Shown here: piece after piece, positions 1 through 12,082 of the stretch
Numbering within the stretch: the first letter of the stretch is position 1
Layout of the letters: every line of letters starts with the position of its first letter
Origin: Laetmonice hystrix
Taxonomy: Eukaryota
Length of the DNA: 64,000 nucleotides
Reading direction: 5' to 3'
Assembly: GCA_965235115.1 (NCBI GenBank)
Contig: OZ249436.1
Span: forward strand, 52,516,001-52,580,000
The notes under the pieces: model-generated
What the model was told of the DNA's origin: nothing
The model's input: only the letters and a program-made list of their open reading frames with translations
Database searches by the model: none
Translations under genes and position numbers: made by a program

Positions 1-1812
1 TGCAACCAGAAAATGATGAGCGCTTGCAAGAGCATGGCAGGACACACAGAATCCATTCAATGTCAAACAAAAGTGCAGCACACATGTGGGCAAATGCTGA
101 ACTCTGCTAATCCAGGCAGACATAGTCTGTGTTAGATTTAAGATATAAGGAGGATATCAGTAAATATCCACCCCAACTACTGGGCCATAATATATACCGG
201 TATATTTTCTTCAGGTGAAAAGTTTGGACAGCAGACTCTTAAACCAAAATTCAAAACTGAATTCATTGATGGCCACTTGTCGAATTATTGAAAATGTTCC
301 TAAAACGACTATTGACAAAATGTTGTTCTTTGGAATCAACCCAATCTACTGTAGCTCTTAAGGACATAGACAAATATTCATAATGAATTACCTGGTATCT
401 CATTCTGACATATAATATTATGGTATATATGTCAGAATGAGATAATACAATATCAGTATAATACAACATTATTATTTAGTTGGGAACCTCAGAATTACTG
501 GGAGCAGTTCTTAAGTCATTCCCCTCACTGGCCTCAGACTTACTTTGTGTGTCAGATTCAAAATAATTTGTCCTTAAAATTGCTCAAATCATCGGAAGCT
601 TCCTTGTCAGTCGATTTTTGCACCCATCTTGTATGACTGTTCCTTGCTTTTGTCAAGTTTGCACTGTGATCATGTTCAGTCTAGTGCTGTGTCTGCTCAG
701 TGGCTGTGTGGGTCCACAGGATTTTTAGTTTTTCCTTCTTCAAATGGCTCCTTTTGTGACTCTTTTTTCGTGTATGGTTTTATAATTATTTTTGCAATAC
801 CGTTGATGAGCAGTATCTCATAACAGTATGCCATTCTTTGTGTGAGTAGCATATACCCAGATTTGTCTTCTAAAGAGTGAGCTTATAACTTGTAAGCATA
901 TATTTTGTTTGACAGTTGTACACGATAATATAACCAATTTGTCTATGTCCTTAATGTTAGCATGGCTGTCTGCGTCCTTAATACCAAACTCTTTACTTTA
1001 TTTAGATGGTGCAATTATCAGTGGACCAGGCTCAGAGTGTAAGCTGGATTTATCATATTTGGACTGTTATGGGGAATATTTCCGCATGGAAACGACGCAA
1101 GATGATTGTGAAGAGGTTGTGTTGAAAAGAAAATTTAAAAAAAAGGATTTAAAAAAAAGAAGATAATACCAGAAGTGATAAATTTAAATACACATGTACC
1201 GGTAATCATTCAAGTTATGTCATCATTGTACTGCCTTTATGACATCCCTGTTGACGAAGGGAAACCTTTGCAGGACATTTCCGCGGTAATACATTGACAA
1301 CAGTACAGTTTGTTAAAAGACTGAAAATATGAAAACAATGCGCCACTTTACCTCGATGTCAAAAGGTCTGGTCGTGTAAGGCCTATAATGGGTATGCGCT
1401 GGCATTTCTAACTTCCGTGAAGGTGCCTTAAAAGTAATAAAACACTTGTCAAGTTGTGTCTAACTAACAGACCAACAGGAGAGCCCACATAGTATTACTT
1501 AGGCAAGCTTTTACTCAGTCCCATGATCTTTAAAAAGACAAAGCTTGTACAAATTGAACTTGTGACAACTTTTAGTTTTAAAGTTTGATAGTTATTATTT
1601 TTCTTTCTTTCTTCTTTCTTCAGAAGAGTTCTTTGAATAGACATACCTAGCCTTAATTAATACATAGGCTGACACACCATTTAACATACATACAAACACA
1701 TAACATCATGTTGTCATGTCAGAGATGCAGAACAGGTTTACTAGTAATATGAATAATGGGGCCTACAGGCAGAAATCAGGAAACCTCATCAAAAGAAGCG
1801 ATTCCTTTCCAG

Positions 1813-2008
1813 CCTCAAAGAGTCGCCTACAGAACAGGCTCCTGTTTCATCTGTCGCACAAGTTTGGTGATGAGAAGAGATTAATGTCCTACCACCAGAG
1901 TCTTCAAGATATCATAGAAGATCAGCTCTCCCTGGCTAGTATACACTACCTGCGTTCACACTACCAGGAGGCTATCGACATCTATAAGAGAATTCTCCTT
2001 GACAATAG
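1813..2008 (+). CDS. TTC26: IFT56/TTC26 internal exon (SKSRLQNRLLFHLSHKF...RILLDNR); upstream exons not recognised in this window
   Basis: Translation closely matches vertebrate TTC26 as recalled; tttccAG acceptor and GTaact donor. Confidence 0.95.
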
Positions 2009-2394
2009 GTAACTTTGTGCATGGCATTGATTTTGCACTGCTTCGTCAGAAATAGCAACGTTCTGATGTCTCGTAATGGCTATCGGTCACAAAGGAAACT
2101 TTAACAATTTTAGTAGCTTGGTTGCCTTATGAGACTGCAAAAAACATTCAATTTTAGTGAATCGTGATTTAAAAGAATTCATGTGGATTTCTTAGGTAAT
2201 TATGCGTAATTGGATGCACATTTATCAAAAAGTCTAATCATTAGTCAAGTATTTTTATGCCTCGTGTGGCACCGCCAATATTTTATATTTACTGAAAGGT
2301 TTCAGAAACTTTCGGTAGGGGGCTGCTTGCAGCGCCGTCTGTTGAATTCTGGTGGAACTAGATAGACTACAAAATATACCCTTCTCTTTTCCAG

Positions 2395-2566
2395 AGACTA
2401 CTTGGCCCTGAATGTGTACGTTGCACTGTGTTACTACAAGTTGGATTACTATGACGTATCTCAAGAGGTCCTTGCAGTGTACCTTCAACAGTTTCAAGAC
2501 AGTGCCATTGCAATAAATCTCAAAGCCTGCAACCATTTCAGACTCTACAATGGCAAAGCTGCAGAG
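2395..2566 (+). CDS. TTC26: TTC26 exon ([24 protein letters not shown]...YNGKAAE)
   Basis: Polypyrimidine tract plus ccAG acceptor, GTataa donor; phase matches previous exon. Confidence 0.95.
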
Positions 2567-3100
2567 GTATAATCAGTACAGGCCTACACATCTATAATAT
2601 TGACATCCAAAAGCAGTGGGTTTTTTACTGGCAAAGAAATGTTAGCAAGTTAGCTGATGTCATTAGTGGGTAGCTTTCTATAACAATCCAAAGTCGGTAA
2701 TAACTTTTGAGACTTAAATATTTATTTGCTCATACATAGAGTAGATCGGTCTCCTTATAATAACTATATGCTGGACAGCGTTCATGTTGCAATTTTAATG
2801 CTAATTTTCATGCTAATCAAAATTGCTAACGTCAACACTGCTGGGGTCATGTTATGTGTAATATTAATATCATGTAACAATATCTACGTGAATAAGTCAG
2901 CCTGATGCCGCCTTCTTTTTTCTCAAACTGGGTAAACTTAATATTTTGTCAGGTTCTATAACTTTTATTGTAATGTATTGGACTTCATTTGTTGACCATG
3001 TAAAACAGGACTGGATTGCCTTCATAGAAAGTTGCTTTAAATACTTATCTCTTTAGGTATGCAAAAAATGATTATTATGTTTTATTTCACTTTTTTGTAG

Positions 3101-3175
3101 GCAGAGTTGAAAAGTCTCCAAGAAATGGCATCGCCATCGTTTGTATTTGCAAAAGACCTTATCAAACACAACCTG
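3101..3175 (+). CDS. TTC26: TTC26 exon (AELKSLQEMASPSFVFAKDLIKHNL)
   Basis: ttttgtAG acceptor, GTaagt donor; homologous peptide. Confidence 0.93.
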
Positions 3176-3262
3176 GTAAGTAAAGTACCCCATGTATTGA
3201 GGTGTTACAGTCTGTTTACATATCTAAATTATATAAAATCCAATAGTACGTGGTCGACGAGG

Positions 3263-3483
3263 AAATGTCAAGGAGTGTTAATAATCCCGAACGATTCCAG
3301 TTTGTAAGGTATTGCGGTCTCCTGTTGTATCGGGTGGTGTTCCGTGGAGCAGAGGGTGCACTGCAAGTCTTGTAAATGTCAAGGAGTGTTAATAATGCCG
3401 AACGATTCCAGTTTGTAAGGTATTGCGGTCTCCTGTTGTACCAGGTGGTGTTCCGTGGAGGAGAGGGTGCACTGCAAGTCTTG
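3263..3483 (+). repeat. 111-bp tandem duplication spanning an intron-exon boundary
   Basis: 3263-3372 is repeated at 3374-3483 with few substitutions. Confidence 0.9.
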
Positions 3484-3547
3484 CCGCCCCTCATTGATGT
3501 CATACCTGAAGCTCGTCTCAATCTCGTCATCTACTACTTGAAACAAG
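3445..3547 (+). CDS. TTC26: TTC26 exon ([34 protein letters not shown])
   Basis: ccAG acceptor, GTatga donor; homologous peptide. Confidence 0.95.
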
Positions 3548-3740
3548 GTATGAGTTACCATGTGATATTTACCTGGCTGAAGTCCACAAAATCAGGATTG
3601 GTCACCCATTGAGTATGATGTCTTTATGTGTACCCCGGTAATGTTTTCTGGGTATTCGTTTCCTTTCTTATTTTTTTAAAAACCTCTTTCTTGAATAGAA
3701 TACAGCAAAGCAAGCATTTGTTACCTCCTGCCCATTTCAG

Positions 3741-3871
3741 CTGGTCCTGTTCTGGATTCTGAGGATGTCAATGAGGCGTACAACCTAATCAAAGATCTCG
3801 AGCCAACAACACCTCAAGAATATATCCTCAAAGGGGTGGTCAATGCTGCCTTGGGCCAAGAACAAGGATCA
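3741..3871 (+). CDS. TTC26: TTC26 exon ([44 protein letters not shown])
   Basis: catttcAG acceptor, GTaagc donor; phase-1 junction in frame; homologous peptide. Confidence 0.9.
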
Positions 3872-3998
3872 GTAAGCTTATATAAATTATTTCAGTTTTC
3901 TGTGGTGGTTGGTAACCTTTATGCCAGTCATTGAGCGAAGGCCCATACTGATATAAATGACATGACTGAGAAATAAAAATACATTGTTCTGTTTGCAG

Positions 3999-4062
3999 AG
4001 GGAGCACCTTAAAATAGCTCAGCAGTACTTCCAACTTGTAGGTGGCTCAGCAAGTGAATGTG
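3999..4062 (+). CDS. TTC26: TTC26 exon (REHLKIAQQYFQLVGGSASEC)
   Basis: tttgcAG acceptor, GTaggt donor; homologous peptide. Confidence 0.93.
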
Positions 4063-4300
4063 GTAGGTCTTTGCTTCTGTGTTTTTATATTCTATTTAAA
4101 TTTGCAGTTCATTAATTCATGTCCATAAAAGAACAAAAGTTAAAAGAAAACCAGAAGGCAGGGCTAGACATTCTGGCAGTTTCATTTTCCCTCTGGGAGA
4201 GTAGTCGCCAACATTTTCCTGTCGAATATCGTCCCACCTGGTTTTACTTGAACAGGTGGTCAGTCGGGCACACTTTTAATTTACTTTTAATGGTACTTAT

Positions 4301-4526
4301 CAGGGTTTCCGCCAGAAAATAATTAATGGGGGGACGGGGGGCCCTCCCCCAGAAAATTTTTTTTTCATGAACTCCGGAGATGCGTTTTCCTGGCCTCTCA
4401 GAGCGAGAATAGCTTAAAAAAACACTGCTCTGCAGATTTATGGGGGGGATATTCCCCTCATGTCCCAATCATGGGGGGGATAAATCCCCCCCGTCCCCCC
4501 CGTCCCCCCCTCTGGCGGCTGCCCTG
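4301..4526. mobile_element. GC-rich MITE with CAGGG..CCCTG ends and 5-bp TSD
   Basis: TIR cagggtttccgccaga / tctggcggctgccctg; CTTAT on both sides (4296-4300, 4527-4531). Confidence 0.75.
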
Positions 4527-4552
4527 CTTATTACCCAGTATTAATGGAATGA

Positions 4553-4696
<144 letters not shown>

Positions 4697-4883
4697 TGAG
4701 ATAACAGACTTTTGGTCCCTGTAAGGCCTTATCCATTTATGACATATATAAATCTTAAAATCACTTTTCTAGCAGTTGTAATTGTATCATGTTCTCTTTG
4801 GTAAAGGTATTCGCATGTCAGCACAACCAATGTCAGTGTATGTCAGTTACTTATATGAAGATAGACCATTTGGTTTTCAACAG

Positions 4884-4967
4884 AGTTATTTCTACAATGA
4901 CGACATGTTCAACTTCAACTACGCGCAGGCCAAGGCAACCGTTGGTAATTACAAGGAAGCAGAAGAG
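4884..4967 (+). CDS. TTC26: TTC26 exon (SYFYNDDMFNFNYAQAKATVGNYKEAEE)
   Basis: caacAG acceptor, GTcagt donor; homologous peptide. Confidence 0.93.
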
Positions 4968-5182
4968 GTCAGTCAAAGCGTTCCGTTATTTAGGTTCTCT
5001 CAAAGTTCATTGAGATCAGTAAAGTGCTGCCCTCTTGAACTTCCAGAAGAATCCTTTCATTGACCAACCATTTGACCAACCATCTAAACGTTTAAAGGAA
5101 CTGGAACGTTCGTCAGTATAGCAAACAAGTAATAAGCACACAAGTCTGATCGGAACCAAACTGATATTAACTTTAATTACAG

Positions 5183-5252
5183 GTGTTCATGTTGATTCAA
5201 AGTGAGAGGATAAAGAATGACTACACGTACCTGAGCTGGCTGGCCAGATGCT
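5183..5252 (+). CDS. TTC26: TTC26 exon (VFMLIQSERIKNDYTYLSWLARC)
   Basis: ttacAG acceptor, GTaaga donor; homologous peptide. Confidence 0.93.
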
Positions 5253-5521
5253 GTAAGAAAAAAAATTAGTTCTGTCTTTTGTTGTCATGTTTACAACATT
5301 CATCATCATGCCATGGTGTTATTTTTGATAAAACATGCATTTTTAACAGCATACATGTACATGGAAATAAACATTTATTAAATGTTCTGTGCCTTTAAGT
5401 TAATGTCAAAGAGCAATTTCCTGAACATCTTCATGTAGTACCAGCTGCTCCAGTCTATAGGACATCCAGTGACTAATATAATTTATGATGGTAGTTTTCA
5501 TTACCGTGCAAATGGTTGCAG

Positions 5522-5628
5522 ATATTATGAATCGTAAGGCACGGTTAGCGTGGGAGCTGTACCTAAAGATGGAAACGTCAGGGGAATCATTCAGCCTTCT
5601 ACAGCTAATTGCCAATGACTGTTACAAG
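5522..5628 (+). CDS. TTC26: TTC26 exon ([36 protein letters not shown])
   Basis: ttgcAG acceptor, GTaaac donor; homologous peptide. Confidence 0.95.
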
Positions 5629-5702
5629 GTAAACCAATTAATATGATAAGTACAAAATTAAAAAAAAGAAACATGGTCTTACTCACATCGCTGTTGGCTC
5701 GC

Positions 5703-7028
5703 ATTGGGTTTGAATTGTTGGATTTATTGAGAGATTCCTTGTGCTACCAGAAGGTGTTGTGTTTACATAGTAAACTTTCTGATTGTGTTTGAATTGTTGG
5801 ATTTATTGAGAGATTCCTTGTGCTATCAGAAGGTGTGTAAACTTTCTGATTGGGTTTGAATTGTTGGATTTATTGAGAGCTACCAGAAGGTGTTGTGTTT
5901 ACGTAGTAAACTTTCTGATTGGGTTTGAATTGTTGGATTTATTGAGAGATTCCTTGAGTTACCAGAAGGTGTTGTGTTTACATAGTAAACTTTCTGATTG
6001 TATTTGAATTGTTGGATTTATTGAGAGATTCCTTGCGCTACCAGAAGGTGTTGTGTTTACGTAGTAAACTTTCTGATTGGGTTTGAATTGTTGGATTTAT
6101 TGAGAGCTACCAGAAGGTGTTGTGTTTACGTAGTAAAGTTTCTGATTGTATTTGAATTGTTGGATTTATTGAGAGATTCCTTGTGCTACCAGAAGGTGTT
6201 GTGTTTACATGTACATGTACATAGTAAACTTTCTGATTGGGTTTGAATTGTTGGATTTATTGAGAGATTCCTTGCACTACCAGAAGGTGTTGTGTTTACA
6301 TAGTAAACTTTCTGATTGGGTTTGAATTGTTGGATTTATTGAGAGCTACCAGAATGTGTTGTGTTTACGTAGTAAAGTTTCTGATTGTATTTGAATTGTT
6401 GGATTTATTGAGAGATTCCTTGTGCTACCAGAAGGTGTTGTGTTTACATGTACATGTACATAGTAAACTTTCTGATTGGGTTTGAATTGTTGGATTTATT
6501 GAGAGATTCCTTGCACTACCAGAAGGTGTTGTGTTTACATAGTAAACTTTCTGATTGGGTTTGAATTGTTGCATTTATTGAGAGCTACCAGAAGGTGTTG
6601 TGTTTACGTAGTAAAGTTTCTGATTGTATTTGAATTGTTGGATTTATTGAGAGATTCCTTGAGTTACCAGAAGGTGTTGTGTTTACATGTACATGTACAT
6701 AGTAAACTTTCTGATTGGGTTTGAATTGTTGGATTTATTGAGAGATTCCTTGTGCTACCAGAATGTGTTGTGTTTACATGTACATGGTAAACTTTCTGAT
6801 TGGGTTTGAATTGTTGGATTTATTGAGAGATTCCTTGCGCTACCAGAAGGTGTTGTGTTTACATAGTAAACTTTCTGATTGTGTTTGAATTGTTGCATTT
6901 ATTGAGAGCTACCAGAATGTGTTGTGTTTACGTAGTAAAGTTTCTGATTGTATTTGAATTGTTGGATTTATTGAGAGATTCCTTGTGCTACCAGAAGGTG
7001 TTGTGTTTACGTAGTAAACTTTCTGATT
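5703..7028. repeat. Intronic minisatellite, 79-bp base unit with 69- and 91-bp variants
   Basis: Repeated attgggtttgaattgttggatttattgagag...cagaaggtgttgtgtttacatagtaaactttctg. Confidence 0.95.
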
Positions 7029-7034
7029 TATCAG

Positions 7035-7168
7035 ATGGGCCAATTCTACTATGCTGCCAAGGCATTTGATGTCCTGGAGAGGTTGGATCCCAACCCTGAG
7101 TACTGGGAAGGGAAACGTGGAGCATGTGTGGGTGTATTCCAAATGATCATCGCAGGCCATGAACCAAA
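7035..7168 (+). CDS. TTC26: TTC26 penultimate exon ([44 protein letters not shown])
   Basis: ttatcAG acceptor, phase-2 GTaagt donor; homologous peptide. Confidence 0.95.
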
Positions 7169-8862
7169 GTAAGTACAACAGGTTGGTGCAAACAAAGGAA
7201 TATGTGTCCTTTAATCCCAAAATTATCTTGCTGCAGTTTTGATTGTCACTCTAGGACAGCAGTTTTTTTTTAAACTGAATGAATAAACAGACAAATGAAA
7301 CCTATAGACATATAAACAATATAGGGTGACGTTCTTTTTGGGGGTAATTTTAAAATCAATACTGGTTTGTCGCTGTAGATCTGATTTAATATGAAATAAG
7401 ACCTGACATTCTGAGATAATTCTGAAGGATTGTTTGCTGAAGCTGCAACTGAAAGCAGTATATTGAGACCTTTTTGGACAGCATTGTCTGTCCAGTTATC
7501 TAATGCTAGCTGAAATTTTCGCTGATAAAATTTGCACATTCACACTCGAGGATTACAAATGCAGGATCTCCTTCATTAAATTTATATTTACCCATTATTT
7601 TTGTTAAGTTGAAACTGTAAACAGATTTTATCAGCTTCAGTTGTCAAGCTTGGAATGGACCTACAGTAACATGCTAATATTCCGGTTTCTTGTACTTGAA
7701 TTAGAGTCATGAACTTTTACTGTTTACATATAGACTCGTTCATGAAACCCACGCATTTACTTGGTAATATATGCCCTTTTTAATAAAAAATTTTAAGTGA
7801 AGAAAAATAGAAAATCCTGCCAGGAACAGTCAGTTTTTATTGCCTGGCCAAAATATATAGAAATGGTGTAATTAGTCATAACACTTCAGACAAAATAGAA
7901 AACTGGAAAGATTTGTAATAATAACCTTCTGGGAAGGTCCAACAATTCTAAGAGAGCCATTATTGTGTATTATTCATATACATGTACTGTAGATTAAATT
8001 GGTTTATGTTCCTGGTAGGACCAACCAGGAACGTGTTCATCTAACCTTCTGTAACCGTCCCCAGGTCCCCACTTCCACTCTAGAGCTAAGGCACCCTTAT
8101 AAACCTGCCTTATTAACCTAAGGCGTAGTTCAGTTCATAAGACCCTGAATACCATAGTTTTGTGGTGGTTCTGTGCTAGTGTTGCCGGCTGAGTACGAAT
8201 ACTAGATCTCTTAACTTTTAGAATCCGGAATGAATGTTACATTGTTGAATGTATACTGTATACTCTGAATTATAGTTTCATTATGCCGCAGTTCACAAGG
8301 GTACACTGACTTAATGTGGAGGAACAGGGAAACATAATATTGGTGCCTAACATTGCCAAACTCTGAGAGCTTATAAGCTCTCAGGTTATAATGTATAAAT
8401 ATGTTATAACCACAGAGACTGGGTTTAGAAAATGATATCTGACGATGTAGCTCTGGAGTACATGTAATTCAAAGATAATGGAGGTATGGGTAATACGAGT
8501 ACCCAGATTTATTATGGCAGTCGTCAAAGAGCTCCGTTTATTCATTTCCAACCTTTTTCCCATTATACTAATTGTGATAAATTTATTTTCTTATGCTAGA
8601 AATATTCAGACCACGAGTTTATAAAGCTCCTGCTTCAGACAGGGTACTTGGGTTTTGGTATTTTGATACAGGGCCTGTTTGGTCGTGGCGCTGGGCAACC
8701 GGTATGTGTGTCCGCGTCAGTGCTGAGGTGTGCCTGGTGGGCATGCGCCAGAGTAGCATCCTCCTCTCCACATCTGTAGAGATTGGAATTTTCTGTGTGG
8801 GAGATGAAGGTATCACTGACAACAACAAAAAAGTCGAGATCTTTTGGATAACATAATGGAAG

Positions 8863-9164
8863 TAGCAGTGGTGCATGAATTACATGAGGGGGGGGGGGGT
8901 CTTTCAGATAGCAGTGGTGCATGAATTACATGGGGGGGGGGTCTTTCAGATAGCAGTGGTGCATGAATTACATGGGGGGGGGGGGTCTTTCAGATAGCAG
9001 TGGTGCATGAATTACATGGGGGGGGGGGGTCTTTCAGATAGCAGTGGTGCATGAATTACATGGGGGGGGGGGGTCTTTCAGATAGCAGTGGTGCATGAAT
9101 TACATGGAGGGGGTCTTTCAGATAGCAGTGGTGCATGAATTACATGGAGGGGGTCTTTCAGATA
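8863..9164. repeat. 7-copy tandem repeat (about 40-47 bp) with variable poly-G
   Basis: tagcagtggtgcatgaattacatg(g)ntctttcaga repeated 7 times. Confidence 0.95.
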
Positions 9165-9419
9165 CTACTAGGCTGAAAGGTATCTTGTTGACTGTGGATA
9201 TTGAAGAATGTTTCTATTAAATGAATCAATATTTGTAAGGAACGGAAATTCTAAACCCCTGGGAATAAATGAAAATAGGATGCCAATATTACACAGTGCA
9301 AGTCTGCGATAGTTTCTTAGATTTTTGTTATTTTAGTTATTTTATTATTTATCAGTCTTTATTTGGTACTTTTAAGATCACAACATCACATTGATTCACT
9401 GCACCGGTCTTTTTAACAG

Positions 9420-9531
9420 GGACAAGTTGCGTGAAGTGTTTGAAATCCTACGCAACACCTCAAACCCGCAGGTCGAGTATGTGACTCGCACCATGAGAAA
9501 GTGGGCCAAAGAGAACAAAGTGCCGCTTTAG
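9420..9531 (+). CDS. TTC26: TTC26 terminal exon copy A (DKLREVFEILRNTSNPQVEYVTRTMRKWAKENKVPL*)
   Basis: tttttaacAG phase-2 acceptor, open frame to TAG, AATAAA at 9537-9542. Confidence 0.8.
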
Positions 9532-11191
9532 GTGGCAATAAACGGCTTCCACCTTCTGTGGCCTCAAGTGTAAGCCACTCTTAAGGTGACAACCTCAAAG
9601 TTGGAAGTTCATACCAAAGTCGTGCATGGTGTCCTTCATAATGTCTGTGTATATACATATAATTATGTATGTATATATTTTTTCTTCTCGGTGTTGAGAA
9701 AGTTGCACTATACAACCACGTTGCATAGACTCCAGCTTCCACCCCCCCCCCCCCCAAAAAAAAAAAAAAAATTCCTGCAGATCCTAACCATTACATTGTG
9801 AGATTACTTAGCAAAGGTCCATGTTCTTCAAGTGGTTGGTGCCAGTCGGCCTCCTCAGGTTCTGTCGCTGTCCTGTCACAGTACACCATCGCACGTCACA
9901 CGTCCCACCGTACACGTGCCTGTGGTATATAGACGCACCCCACCAAAAATATACTCCAATACTGCAGGGCTGTTACCTGCAGCTGTGTGTTTGTTTGGAA
10001 AGGATTAATTTCTCAGACAATTCATATTTAAAAGGTGGACTTGTGCCTCATAAACGTGGCCATATATTTCAGTCCAAAACTTTCAAAATGACGCCATTCT
10101 AAATTAATGAACTCATGCAGAGCCAAGAGAATTGTGAAACCAAAAACAAACCAAAAAGACAAGGCAGGAGAAAGTTGGTTCGTGTAGTGATAAAGACAAC
10201 AAATATTTTTTAATGTTATTTCAGTTCTGCCAAATTTTAATTTGGAAGGATTATCTTCACATTCTGCCCCCACTAACTTACTGGGAGGTTTCATCCTGCA
10301 TGTATGACACTTAGTGTGAACAATACTCACCTTGCATGCCTTATCTTGTGTTGATCAGCCTTGCCACCTTAGAATTCAGTTATGTTGTTGCTGCTGTCAT
10401 AATTCACATAAAGTATAATTTGATTTTAAAATCTAAATTTCAGTATTTAATTTTAATCGCTGGAGATGCGTGAAGTGTGAAGTGTTGAACTCGGGTGCAC
10501 TCATGACAAAACCGAGTAATAAAAGATTAACGTTTAGCATTCGAGCAAGCTTACCACTTGATTGACTAAAACTGCTGTACCAAAAAATAAAAAAATAACG
10601 CATCAAAGCAATGTTTTGTACATGTACTAAATTATGTACTTGCATGTATTTTTGCAATAATTCTGGGGGGGGGACCTAGGTTTGTATTTATTATTGTATT
10701 TTACAGTTTTGAACTACATTGTATTGTGATGGTGCGTGGGTCGGCAACCACCTGTCAATAAGTGGTTTTAACAAGATAACTCTAAACTAATTGCCAGTTT
10801 TTCCGCCGGCCAGCCTCACAACTTGAACAAATTAGTACCACCGGGTTGAAATGGAAAGTGCCTGTGGTGTTATCGACTCACATTCACTTTGTTGTAGATC
10901 ATTTAAAAAATGAATGAAATCCATGCATTATATCTCGGTCACTTGGTACCTGTATAATCTCATACCTAAACAAGTATGAACGTATCTTAAAAAAACTTTA
11001 GCCCAGTGGCCAGGAACCCTGACTTCAAGGTGGTCTGTAGCTATAGTTGCCAACGCGAAGTACATGTACGTGTACTCCTAACCCCGTGTTTTAGGTTACG
11101 TGTAGTTGCTACTTTTTTCAAAGGGAGAGTTGATGATTTCTTATAATAACTTGAGATGGTTTACATTTGTTGATGTTGACTTTTGTTCTAG

Positions 11192-11306
11192 GGAGACATT
11201 GCGTGATGTTGTGCAAGTTCTGAGAAACACGGGCAACCCGCAGGTCGAGTATATCATCCGCACAATGAAGAAATGGGCCAAGGAGAATCGGGTTCCCATC
11301 ATGTAA
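11192..11306 (+). CDS. TTC26: TTC26 terminal exon copy B (ETLRDVVQVLRNTGNPQVEYIIRTMKKWAKENRVPIM*)
   Basis: ttttgttctAG phase-2 acceptor, open frame to TAA; closer to the vertebrate C-terminus as recalled; candidate AATAAA at 11980-11985. Confidence 0.9.
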
Positions 11307-12082
11307 ACCGATATCATATTATTATTAACGAAATATACAGTCAGGGTCAGAACCTTAATCTAATCGGAATAGTCATATTGTGACTATTGTATAACTGGAG
11401 GGTTTACAGAAAATAGTAGGCCTAATCCAGAACAAGTTGACTTAATATCTGTTACCGTAATGTTACATTATAGAGTTCAGAACTCTAAAGGAGCTAACTG
11501 CCTGGTTGTCGATGCCGGTAATATCAGAGATGGTGGTAGTAGTCAATGTGGAGTACTGTCAAGGTCTCTGGTATTATACCCAGTAAGGGTCTGGACATTT
11601 AAGATTTGAACTGTCAGAACAGGTTTTGTAGAAAAATTGAGATTTTAAGCAATTCTCAGAAAGTCCTTGTAAATGAAAGCTGGGCACTTAGAATGTGCAT
11701 GATATCGTATGCGTTAAACATGTTTGGTGATGAACATCAGAAATTCAGAAGGTGGTGCTGCAAGAAGATTGTGAAAGGTTTACCGTTACCTTGAATGTAA
11801 TTCCTACAGACCCTGTTATTTCCTGTGATATAGTTGTATTTAAGCACCATTATTAGCTTTCTCTGAGATGCATGACTCGTGCAGCATCACTGATATTGTT
11901 GATCGTACATCCGTCCATCTGAACTTCTAAAATGTTTTTAGAATTGTTTAAGTCATGTATAGTATCGAGACAGTGAAGAAATAAAATTCTGAATATAAGA
12001 AATTCGGTTTCATATCTGTGGATGACTTTATTGCCATACTGGCCCCGGGTCAGACTTGTGTCGGTGTACCCCGTCGGTCACG

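Noticed and set aside
909..1166. Possible upstream TTC26 exon
   Set aside because: No frame resembles the TTC26 N-terminal region
5703..7028. CRISPR-like appearance of regularly spaced repeats (also 12083-12485 and 58538-59632)
   Set aside because: No unique spacers, no cas genes, eukaryotic intron context; simple tandem repeats
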